Shown one piece after another: positions 53,934 through 64,000 of a DNA stretch of 64,000 nt. Source of the DNA: Candidatus Sulfomarinibacteraceae bacterium. GTDB taxonomy: Bacteria; Acidobacteriota; Thermoanaerobaculia; Thermoanaerobaculales; Sulfomarinibacteraceae. Made by a program: the position numbers and the translations under genes. Numbering within the stretch: the stretch's first letter is position 1; each line of letters starts with the position of its first letter. Where the stretch lies: positions 169,073-233,072 of the forward strand of contig CAWCLO010000002.1 of the NCBI GenBank assembly GCA_963796455.1, given 5' to 3'. The notes under the pieces are model-generated. The model made no database searches. It was not told the origin of the DNA and saw only the letters and a program-made list of their open reading frames with translations.

Positions 53934-54030
53934 ACTGAAACTCGTCCGGCGTCAAACGCGACGCATGCGACGGATCCCGCGGACCACATGACGGGGACGA
54001 CGGGTAGAATAACGACGGAGGCGTGCCGTC

Positions 54031-54659
54031 ATGCCGATCGAGAAAAGCCACCCTCATCGATCGCAGCCGATTCACGACCACGCAGGTCATGGCGGCGCTG
54101 CGCAGGATCATCCGCGCGATCGACCTCCACTCCCGCAGCCTGGTCCAGCGTTTCGGGCTGACAGGGCCGCAGCTGGTGGTCCTCAAGGAGCTCGTCGATA
54201 GCTCGCCCCGTCGGTGAGCGAGCTCGCTGCCGCGGTCAACCTCAGCCAGGCAACGGTGACCGGGATACTCGATCGGCTCGAACGCAAGGAAATGGTGTTC
54301 AGAGTGAGGGATCCGAGGACCGGCGGCGGGTGCTGGTGTCGCCCACGCCGGTTGCGGAGGAGGTCCTTGCCGGCGCGCCGCCGCTGCTGCAGGAGCACTT
54401 CACGAGGTTTCGCCGCCTTCCGGACTGGCAACAGACGCAGATCCTGTCCTCGCTGCAGCGGATCGTCGCCCTGATGGAGGCGGCGGACGTCGAGGCCGGA
54501 CCCATCCTCACCACCGGGCCGCTGGACGCGACGCCGGAGAAGACCGAGGCGTTTCTCGAGACCGCGCCGGCGAGAGGGCGACGACGGTGCGGCGCGATCG
54601 CCGACCGGACGGCGATCGCGGCCTTGAGCGGGTCGTTATCGTCTTATGCTAATATTTAG
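54031..54659 (+). CDS. MarR/EctR-like regulator, copy 2 (frameshifted; ends approximate)
   Basis: QVMAALRRIIRAIDLHSR, NLSQATVTGILDRLERK, PPLLQEHF, GPILTTGPLDATPE. Confidence 0.82.
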
Positions 54660-54669
54660 GACGAAAGTA
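54647..54669 (+). promoter_or_regulatory. Extended -10 and putative operator upstream of ablA copy 2
   Basis: TGCTAATATTTAGGACGAAAGTA. Confidence 0.45.
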
Positions 54670-54754
54670 ATTGACCATCGCACCAGACCGTCGAGCGGTC
54701 CCTTGCGGTCGACGCATGATTCCCCGTTGAGCGTCTCGACCGAGAGGAACCACC

Positions 54755-56109
54755 ATGTCCATATCCGACACCTGCCCTCGACCGCGATGCGGCGGCGAGG
54801 AACCCTGGTACAAACGGCGGACGATCTGGCGCGACGTGCCCATGAGCCAGTGGCGCGACTGGCACTGGCAGATGCGGAACCGGATCACCACCGCCGAGGA
54901 GCTCGCCCGCGTCATGCCGATGACGCCGCGGGAGCAGCGCACCATCGAGCGGGCCCTCGACCGGTTTCGATTCGCGGTGCCGCCGTACTACGCGTCCCTC
55001 ATCGACCCGGATGACCCCGAGTGCCCGATCCGCCTGCAGGCGGTCCCCGGCGAGGGAGAGCTCGCCGTCGGCGACTTCGACATCGAGGACCCGCTCAACG
55101 AGGACGGCGACGCGGTGGCGCCCGGGATGACCCACCGCTACCCGGATCGCGTGCTCTGGGTCATCATGCACGAGTGCGCCATGCTGTGCCGCCACTGCAC
55201 GCGCAAGCGAAAGGTCGGCGAGCGTCCCGACGCCGATCAGCGAGGATCAGCTGGACGCGGGGATCGCGTACCTGAAGTCGAACCCGGAGGTGCGGGACGT
55301 CCTGCTCTCCGGCGGGGACCCGTTCCTGCTGTCGGACGATCGCCTCGAGCACGTGCTCCAGACGGGTCCGCGACGAGGTGCCGTCGGTCGAGATCATCCG
55401 ATTCGGCACCCGCGTTCCGGTCACCATGCCGCAGCGGATCACGCCCGAGCTGGTCGAGATGCTGCGCCGCTATCACCCGGTCTTCGTCAACACCCACTTC
55501 AACGTCCCCAAGGAGTTCACCCCCGAGTCCGAGGCCGCGCTCCGGCTGATGGCCGACGCCGGCATCCCGCTCGGCAACCAGAGCGTGCTGCTGCGCGGGG
55601 TGAACGACTGTTGGGCGCTGATGCGCAAGCTGATGCACAAGCTCACCGCCAACCGCGTGCGGCCGTACTACATCTACCAGTGCGACCTCGCCGAGGGTCT
55701 CGAGCACTTCCGCACGACCGATCTCCAAGGGGATCGAGATCATGGAGCACCTCCGCGGCCACATCTCGGGGCTCGCGGTGCCGACCTTCGTCGTCGACGC
55801 CCCCGGCGGCGGCGGCAAGATCCCGGTCCACCCCAATTACATCGTGTCGCAGCACGAGCACAAGGTCGGTGCTGCGCAACTTCGAGGGCCGGATCGTCGC
55901 CTATGAAGAGCCCAAGGAGCTACATCGGCATGTGCAACGAGGGGCACCCGTGCTCGTACTGCCGAGAGATTCTCCGCAACGGCGAGGAGACCGTCGGCGT
56001 GGCCGGACTCTTTGACGACGACCCCGAAAACATCGCGCTGGTCCCGACGGAAGCGGATGTGGACGAGGACGGTGTCCAAGAGGCCGAGGCCGATCGGAGT
56101 TTGGCGTGA
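54755..56109 (+). CDS. ablA: Lysine 2,3-aminomutase, copy 2 (frameshifted)
   Basis: [34 protein letters not shown] across frames. Confidence 0.88.
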
Positions 56110-56996
56110 CCGGGGTAGCCACAGAAGCCGCGAGCACGTTCAACACGTTCGACCCGGATCAGCGGCGATGGGTTCCGAGCCGAGATCTACTTCGCCCCGC
56201 TCAACCAGCGCATCCAGGTGCTTGAGTACGAGGCCGACGACACCGAGAAGATGGTGGCGAGCTTGGCCGACGGCGCTCGGGAAGCCGGATTCGGTAAGGT
56301 CTTTCTCAAGGCGCCGGTTCCACCAGAAGGACAGCCTCGAGGCCGCCGGGATGACCGCCGAGGCAACGATCAACGGCTACTTCGCCGGACAGCCCGCAGT
56401 GGTGATGTCGGTGTTTCTCAACGAGGACCGGCGGAGCCGGCCCTTTGCCGACGAGGAGGCGGCGATTCTGAAGACGATTCGATCACGGCAGGCCGATCCC
56501 TCCGTGAAGGAGTTGCCGGCTAAGTACGAGATGGCAATTGCCGGGCCGGCAGACAGCCGTCGAACTCGCCCTGCTCTACGGCCGCGTCTTCGACAGCTAC
56601 CCGTTTCCGATCACCGATGCCGAGTATCTCGTCTCGACCATGGAGATCGAACATCGTCTACCGCATCGTCCGCGACGCGACTGGGCGAGATCGTGGCGGC
56701 AGCGTCGGCGGAGACCGATCCCGGAGCAACGAAACGCGGAGATGACCGACTTCGCCACCCTTCCGAGCCAGCGCGGTCTCGGGCTGGCGAAGCACATCCT
56801 CGCCGCCCTCGAGGACGATATGGACGAGCGAGGGATTCACAACCTCTACACCATAGCCCGTGCCCGGTCCGCGGGCATGAACCGGGTGTTCTACAACCGC
56901 GGATACGACTGGACGGGGACACTGGTCAACAACTGCCACATCGCCGGTCAGTTCGAGGATATGCACATCTGGTGCAAGACGCTGAACCGACACTAG
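56106..56996 (+). CDS. ablB: Beta-lysine N-acetyltransferase, copy 2 (frameshifted)
   Basis: [57 protein letters not shown]. Confidence 0.86.
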
Positions 56997-57120
56997 CCGA
57001 AACCGGCGTTCGGCGAGCCGGAGTGTTCCTGCGACCCAATGATCCGAGCGATGTACGGCGACGGCTGGCGACCCCGACGATGGAGAGATAACCGCCTCGT
57101 TGGCCTGCCGGAGCAGCGGA

Positions 57121-57207
57121 ATCGAGTGCAACCTGATCGTCGTTCGGAATCGTCGGTTCCGGTATCTGTTGTTTGAGAGGGAGTCAGCCGATGAGGAGGT
57201 GCGCTGA
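57121..57207 (+). pseudogene. Possible decayed 3' end of an amylosucrase-like gene
   Basis: IECNLIVVRNRRFRYL resembles [16 protein letters not shown]; its TGA directly abuts the ATG of the kinase. Confidence 0.35.
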
Positions 57208-58167
57208 ATGAGACAGCCCAACACCGGCGGCGGAGCAGCGTCCGGGCCCGCGCCTGCCGCGTCCGGCGGACGCCCCGTCGTCGTCGGCGAGGTGCTCTTT
57301 GATGTCTTTCCGGACGGCACGCGGGTCTTGGGCGGCGCGCCGCTCAACGTCGCGTGGCATCTGCACGCCCTCGGGCTCGAACCATTGCTGCTCTCCAGGA
57401 TCGGCGACGACGACCTCGGCGGCGCGGTCCTCGACGCTGTGGAGTCGTGGGGCATGGACTGTTCTGGGATACAGATCGATCGTGACGCACCCACGGGTAG
57501 GGTCGCCGTCGAGTTCGACAACGGTTCACCGACCTTTGATATCGTCGCCGACCAGGCCTACGACAGGTTCGACCCTGACGCCGCCCGTGACGCCCTCGTC
57601 GGTTGCCGCCCGGCGCTGCTCTACCATGGCTCGCTGATCGCCCGTGACAAAGCCGCCGATCGCGCGCTGCGGAGTCTTCGAGGGAAGACCGGGGCGCCGA
57701 TCTTTGTCGATGTCAACCTCCGCGACCCGTGGTGGTCGGTGAAGACGGTGACATCGCTGACCCGCGGCGCCCGTTGGGTCAAGCTCAACGACGACGAGCT
57801 CGGCCGGTTGTGCGGTCAGGATTCTGTCGCCGATGCCGTGGGCTCCGAGCTTGACGCGGCGGAGCTCGCCCGCCGGCACGGGATCGATGAGCTGGTGGTC
57901 ACCTGTGGCGACCGGGGGGCTTATGTCTGGGTCGGAGACAAGGCCGTCGCGGGTCGGCCACCCGGCGAGATCGAGGTGATCGACACCGTCGGCGCGGGCG
58001 ACGCCTTCAGCGCGGTGTGGATCACCGGTCTGCTCAGCGGCTGGGACTCGGAGACCACCCTGGTTCGGGCGTTGGAGTTCGCAGCCGTCATCTGCGGTAT
58101 CCGAGGGGCGACGACCACCGACCGCCGAATCTATGATCACTGTCGAAATGCCTGGAGACTGCCATGA
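57208..58167 (+). CDS. PfkB-family carbohydrate kinase (fructokinase)
   Basis: GEVLFD, GGAPLNVA, DVNLR, VKLNDDE, DTVGAGDAF; overlaps sps start. Confidence 0.9.
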   Translation: MRQPNTGGGAASGPAPAASGGRPVVVGEVLFDVFPDGTRVLGGAPLNVAWHLHALGLEPLLLSRIGDDDLGGAVLDAVESWGMDCSGIQIDRDAPTGRVAVEFDNGSPTFDIVADQAYDRFDPDAARDALVGCRPALLYHGSLIARDKAADRALRSLRGKTGAPIFVDVNLRDPWWSVKTVTSLTRGARWVKLNDDELGRLCGQDSVADAVGSELDAAELARRHGIDELVVTCGDRGAYVWVGDKAVAGRPPGEIEVIDTVGAGDAFSAVWITGLLSGWDSETTLVRALEFAAVICGIRGATTTDRRIYDHCRNAWRLP

Positions 58168-60321
58168 GCAACGAGCGAGGCCTCTACATCGCGTTGATCA
58201 GTGTCCACGGGCTGATCCGTGGGACCAATCCCGAGCTCGGGCGAGACGCCGACACCGGAGGCCAGGTCCAGTATGTCCTCGACCTCGCCCGCGCGCTTGC
58301 CGAGCGCCCGGATATCGACCGAGTCGAACTCATGACGCGACAGATCTTGTCGACCAACGTCGACTGGCACTACGGCGAACCGGTCGAACAGATCGCCGAG
58401 AAGGCGTCGATCATCCGACTCCCTTGCGGACCGCATCGCTATCTCCACAAGGAATCACTGTGGCCGTATCTGCCGCAGTTCACCGACGAGGTGCTGCAGC
58501 ACTTCCGCAGGATCCAAAGGGTTCCCGACGTCATCCACAGCCACTACGCCGACGCCGGCGCCATCGCGGTGCGGTTGAGCGGATTGCTCGACACAACCCT
58601 CGTCCACACCGGGCACTCGCTGGGCAAGAGCAAGCAGCAGCGGCTGCTCGACAAAGGGACGGCGCCGGAGACCATCGAGAAGCGCTACCGCATGAGCCGC
58701 CGCATCGCCGCCGAGGAGCAGGTCCTCGCGGCGGCGGATCTGGTCATCGCGAGCACGGATCAGGAGGTGGAGGAGCAGTGGGGTCAGTACGAGGGGAGCT
58801 CTCCGAGCCGGATGCTGGTCATTCCTCCCGGGGTCGATCTCGATCGATTCAGCCCGCCCCGACGGGGCGACCAACTGCCCGAAATCGCCGGCGAGGTCGA
58901 CCGGTTTCTGAGCGAGCCGAAGAAACCGTTGATTCTCGCGCTGCAGCGGCCCGACGAGCGCAAGAACCTGGCGACGCTGATCCGCGCCTACGCCGGGCAC
59001 GACGAACTCCGTCGCAGAGCCAACCTTGCGCTGGTCATCGGGAAGAGGGACGACATCACCGAGTTGCCCAGGGCGCAGCGGAAGATCCTCACCGAGATGC
59101 TGCTCCTCATCGATCGATACGATCTCCACGGATCCGTGGCCTACCCAAAAAGCCATCGTCCGGAGGACGTTCCGGACCTGTATCGCCTCGCCGCCATGCG
59201 CCACGGTGTTTTCGTCAATCCGGCCTTGACCGAGCCGTTCGGGCTCACCCTCATCGAGGCCGCCGCCAGCGGGCTGCCGGTGGTCGCCACCGACGACGGC
59301 GGCCCGACGGCGATCGTCGGCTCGTGCCGAAATGGACTGCTCGTCGATGCCCTCGACGCCGACCGAGATGGCCGACGCGCTCCACGAGGTCGTGGCCGAT
59401 CCCAAGGCCTGGCGACGGCGGTCGAAGGCCGGGATCCGGGGCGCATACGGCTATTCCTGGAGCGGTCACGTCGAGCGATATCTCAAGGCGATCCGCCGCC
59501 GTCTCCGCACGAAGGTGCGCCGGCGCCGGTCCGAGGTGCCGCGGCACCCGCTCGTCCTGGCCGACCGGCTGCTCGTCTGCGACATCGACAACACCCTGAC
59601 CGGCGACCACGCGGCGCTCGATCGGTTCCGCGTCTGGCTCGAGGCCCACCGTGGCGAGGTCGCCTTCGGCATCGCCACCGGGAGGGTGCTGAGCAATACC
59701 ATTCGGGCGCTCAAGGAGTGGGAGATCCCGCGGCCGGATGTTCTGATCACCGCGGTCGGCAGCGAGGTCTATTACGGTCGAAACCGATTCGTCGACGATG
59801 TCGGGTGGCGGAGGCTCATCGATCGCAAGTGGGAGCCCGATCGCCTCCGCAAGCTCCTGTCGGCGGTGCCCGGTCTCAGGCTCCAGCCGAAGGCCGACCA
59901 GCGGCGATTCAAGCTGAGCTACTTCCTCGATCCGAAAAAGGCGCCGTCCATCGCCGAGCTCCGGCGGCGCATCAGATCGGCCGGTCTCGAGGCCCAGCTC
60001 ATCTACTCGCACGAGGCCTACCTGGATCTCCTTCCGGCGCGCGCCTCAAAGGGCGGGGCGCTCAAATACCTGGCTCACCGCTGGGGTCTGCCCCTCGAAC
60101 ACCTGCTGGTGGCCGGCGACTCGGGCAACGACGCCGAGATGCTGACCTCCGGCGCCTTCGGGATCGTGGTCGGCAACTACAGTCCCGAGCTGAGGAACCT
60201 CCGCGGGCGCGAGGGCGTGTACTTCGCCGAGGCCGAGCACGCCGGTGGGATCCTCGAGGGAATCGACCACTTCGGGTTCGACGACGGGGTCGGTCACGAC
60301 GGCGACGAGACCGACGACTGA
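58164..60321 (+). CDS. sps: Sucrose-phosphate synthase with SPP (HAD) domain, copy B (one frameshift near 59365)
   Basis: [67 protein letters not shown]. Confidence 0.92.
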
Positions 60322-60331
60322 GGCGGGTGCC

Positions 60332-62727
60332 TCAGCCGTCGAGCATCGCCTGCGCCCGCGGCCGGAATTGCAGCGCGTAGAACATTTCGAGATAGCGCCG
60401 GGTCTCGGCCTGCTCCAGGTCGGTCATGTACTTCCAGAAGCCGTAGATCCGCGCCAGCGTCATCATCCGCTCGGCGTAGAGCTTCCAGGTGTAGCGGCTG
60501 TTGACCCGGTCGATCCCGCCTCGGGAGATCGTGTTCCAGTGCTCGGGCTCGGACGCGCATCGCTCGAAGAAATCCGCCATGAGATCGGCCGAGCGGTCGC
60601 CTTGGTTGGGATCGATGTGGAAGCCGCTGACGCCGTGTTCGATGATCTCGAGCGGACCGCCGAAACAGGTGGCGAAGGTGGGCAGCCCGCAGACCATCGA
60701 TTCGACCACCGTCAGTCCGAAGGCCTCGAAGAGCGCGGGCTGGACGAATGCGCCGCCGCGGTCGGCGACCAATCGATACAGCTCGCTGCCCACCACCCGG
60801 TCGACATGCTGGACCCAGCGCATCTCGCCGTCGAGCTCGTAGCGGTCCATGATCTCGTGCATCCGCTCGATCTCGGCGACCTCCTCGTCGTCGCTCGAGG
60901 ACTCGGGGTCGACGAATCCGGCGACCAGGAAGAGGTTGGCGGCCCGCCGCAGCCGGCTGTTGCGGCCGAACCACTCGCCAACCCGGTGAGGTTCTTGACC
61001 CGGTCGAGCCGCGCCATGGAGAACAGAACCGGTTTGTCGGGGTCGCGGAGCTGACCGCGGGTGCTCGGCAGTCCGGCCTCGAAGAGCTTGGCCTCGAGCT
61101 CGGGGTGGAGCCCGGTGAGCCGCCGGTCGGTCTCGGAGTACGGGAAGTAGATCTCGGGGTCGGCGCCCGGCGAGACGATGTTGAACCGCGGGTCGTAGAC
61201 ATCGATCCCGTCCACCACCCGGTGCAGCCCGGGCATGGTGTAGGCCTGATAGCTCTCGTACTGTCCGGCGCTTTCGCCCGTCCCGGCGATCTCCTGGTAG
61301 GTGCTGGTGATGACGAAGTCGGCGGTGTTCATGGCGATGAGATCGGCGGTGAACTGGCACGAGAAGTGGTACTGCTCCTCGTTGTCTCGCCAGTAGAGAT
61401 CCGACATCAGGTACTTGGTCTTCTCCAGCGCGTGCGCGATTGTGCACTTGGTGACGTGCAGCCGCTCACCGATGATCGCGGCGGCGAGGTTGCCGTCGGA
61501 GTAGTTGCCGACGACGAGGTCGGGCTTGGTTCGGAGCTCGGCGAGGATCTCGCGCTCGGCCTCGAGGGAGAACCGCTCCATATAGGGCCAGACGTCGAAC
61601 CGTGAGATCCACTGAGGGATAATCTCTCCGGTCTCGGCGCGGAACGGAACGCGCAGGATCCGAGCTCGCTCGGTGCCCGAGATCGACTCGGATCGCTGGT
61701 TGCAGGTCGTGTTGCCCGCCTCGGGGATCAGCCGGGTCACCACCAGGATCTGTGGTTCGTAGTCCACACCCTGCTCGCTCAGACGGGCGCGGATCTCGTG
61801 CTCGAGGGCGCGCACCTGGTCGAGGATGTAGACGACCTGCCCACCGGTGTCCGGCAGCCCCATGACGTTCGACTGGGCGAAGTAGCCGTGCGGCGACAGG
61901 ATCACCACGTTAAAGACCATTGGGATCCGCGCCAGGAAGCTCGCGAGAGTCGCCGGCTCGGGCGCCTCGAGGAGGTCCTGGAGCAGTTCCATGGACTCCC
62001 TCGCCCGGCCGACGGTGTTGCCCCAACCGGGCTCGAATCCGGCGCCGCGGAGCTCGGTCGCGACGGTCGCGAACGGCTCATCCGTTTGGTGGTCCGAGAG
62101 GACCTCGAGGGCCGTGCGGAGTGCCCGCCGGACGGCGCCGGCGTCGTTGTACTCGGGGTCGAGCATCAGCTGCTGCCCGTCGCAGGTGTGGAGCGAGAGA
62201 AACCGGACCAGCCGGTGTGCGCCGTTCTCGGCGTCGGCCAGCAGCTTTCCCGACAAATGGCGGTTGAGATACTCGACGCCGCGTCCGATCGACCGCGCCT
62301 CCTTGAGCCGGGGAAACGGGTGGCCGAAGGGGTCGAGATCGATCTCGAGCGGCCAGCTGTCGTCGGTCGAGCGCCCGTTGACCAGCGACTCCTTGAACCG
62401 CAAGTACTGCGACACCGAGACCTCGTCGACCTGCATCGTCTCGGCGTGGATCCGGAGATAGAACCATTTCCCGATCCCGGGCCGCACCGCGAGAAAAACC
62501 CACGGCGCCTGCAGCGCCGCCTCCTGAGACGCACGCAACGACGTCTCGAGGACGCTTCCGTTCGTCAGGTCGTTCTGGTTGTCAGCGATGTACGAGTCGA
62601 GTTCGCCGACGAGCTCCGACCGCAGAAGAAACGGTTTGCCGAGCGCGAAGTAGCGGTGCAGCAGTTGATAGACGGACGCGCGGTTGGCGCTGATGAACGT
62701 GCCGAGGGCCTTGTGGTCTTGCATCAT
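60332..62727 (-). CDS. susA: Sucrose synthase (one frameshift near 60980)
   Basis: [69 protein letters not shown]. Confidence 0.93.
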
Positions 62728-62782
62728 GGCCGCCCATTGTACGACGCCGAAAATCGGAATCAATCGCGTTGGTTGATTCCGA

Positions 62783-63730
62783 TCATTCGTTTCGTTGGGT
62801 TTCCCGGATGTGCGCGTAGTTAAGTGTGGCGACGAAGACGCTGCCGCCGATGAGGTTGCCGAACAGGGCCAGGCCGATGAACCGCGCCGAGTCGACGATG
62901 GTGAACTCGCTGGATGTGAAAAGGGCAACGAACATCTCCACCGCACCGGCGATGGAGTGGTGCAGCCCACCGAGCCCGATGAGGAAGGTCACGATGAAGA
63001 TCGACACGATCTCGGCGAGCCCGGGCGGCGTCGCGAGGATGAGCCAGGCGCCGAGCGCCATGAGCCAGCCGGCAAGAACGGCGCTGACCAGCAGCGAAAA
63101 TGAGCTCGGGCCGACCAAATGATGACCGATCTCGACGTATCCGGCCGAGGCGCCAATGACCGGCTCGGCCAATCTGAGCAGCCCTGCGCTGATCAGCGCC
63201 CCGATGAGGTTTCCCGCGATGACGATGCACCACAGGCGCAGCAGACTGACAACAGTCGCCCTGCGGTCGAGCACCGGATAGACCGCCGTCGCGGTGTGCT
63301 CGGTGAAGAGTTCGGCGCCGCTCATCAGGCAGACGACAAAGCCGAGAGGGTAGACCAGCGAAACGAGAAGCCGCGCGAGCATTTGCGACTGGTGAAGCGA
63401 CTCGACGGCGACGGTCGTAACGCCGACCGCCATCGCGGTGAAGCCGAGGATCAGCCCGGCGGCGACCGACGACAATGCGAGCGACAACGCCGGCCGGTTG
63501 AGCTGTTCGAGGCCCTCGGCGATAGCCGTGAGGAGCACGTCATCCGGATGCCGTCGGTGCTGATCAGTCCGCTTGACGATGACCGGCACAAAGCTCTGAT
63601 CCTCTTCGAGCCTTTGCAGATGCCGAACCTGCGGGTGCTCGACATGGTCTTCGAGCGATCCGGTCGGCGACTCGGTGGTCTCCCTTTTCGAGCGATTGCC
63701 GCCTTCGTCGAGGCTATTCTCGTGGTCCAC
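62783..63730 (-). CDS. Formate/nitrite transporter (FNT) family protein
   Basis: [36 protein letters not shown]. Confidence 0.87.
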   Translation of the reverse strand: MDHENSLDEGGNRSKRETTESPTGSLEDHVEHPQVRHLQRLEEDQSFVPVIVKRTDQHRRHPDDVLLTAIAEGLEQLNRPALSLALSSVAAGLILGFTAMAVGVTTVAVESLHQSQMLARLLVSLVYPLGFVVCLMSGAELFTEHTATAVYPVLDRRATVVSLLRLWCIVIAGNLIGALISAGLLRLAEPVIGASAGYVEIGHHLVGPSSFSLLVSAVLAGWLMALGAWLILATPPGLAEIVSIFIVTFLIGLGGLHHSIAGAVEMFVALFTSSEFTIVDSARFIGLALFGNLIGGSVFVATLNYAHIRETQRNE

Positions 63731-64000
63731 GTTTTCGACTCCCTTTTCGCGAGTTCCTCCGCTCGATGTCGAAGTCCCTGCGGGTTCGTGCGTTCAGATT
63801 TTCATCACGCTATCATCATCGATCCCGACCGCCAACCTGATCTTGAGCGCTTCGTTCGCCGTTGCACCGTTGTTGGTGTTGAGGCCGGGTTGGACCTCCT
63901 TTGTGTTGGCAGGTCATCAAGGGGTTTGAATCCGAGATGTCGAGAGCGGGATCTACTCTCGTGAGAAAGCCCCTGATCGTTGAAACCGAAGGCACACGCA

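Overview
GC-rich bacterial DNA, probably from a marine or saline-sediment organism and probably a long-read or metagenome assembly (both inferred). I found no rRNA, tRNA, CRISPR array, integrase or transposase. After a few housekeeping and resistance-type genes (cutC, M81 peptidase, MFS transporter and regulator, c-type cytochromes), most of 8-64 kb reads as an accreted salt/osmotic-stress region. It holds three mechanosensitive-channel genes, a cation-chloride cotransporter, MgtE, Na/Pi and CNNM transporters, tandem ppk2, a group 3b [NiFe]-hydrogenase operon and an ATP-grasp ligase plus two-hydrolase operon. It also holds two diverged copies of an SSS / EctR-like MarR / ablA-ablB cassette (N-epsilon-acetyl-beta-lysine), a full sucrose cycle (two SPS-SPP genes, sucrose synthase, amylosucrase, fructokinase), and a two-component system next to sigma-54-type promoters serving USP, BON and MscS genes. 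The most novel element is an ~840-aa tandem-domain KamA-family radical SAM protein. Its first domain keeps the Fe-S and PLP motifs but lacks the lysine-binding aspartates, and its second domain is degenerate. Candidate EctR-type operators and paired sigma-54 enhancers can be read directly from the sequence. Many genes between ~35.4 and 61 kb carry indel frameshifts, most likely sequencing errors, and short 3'-terminal gene remnants mark module boundaries.
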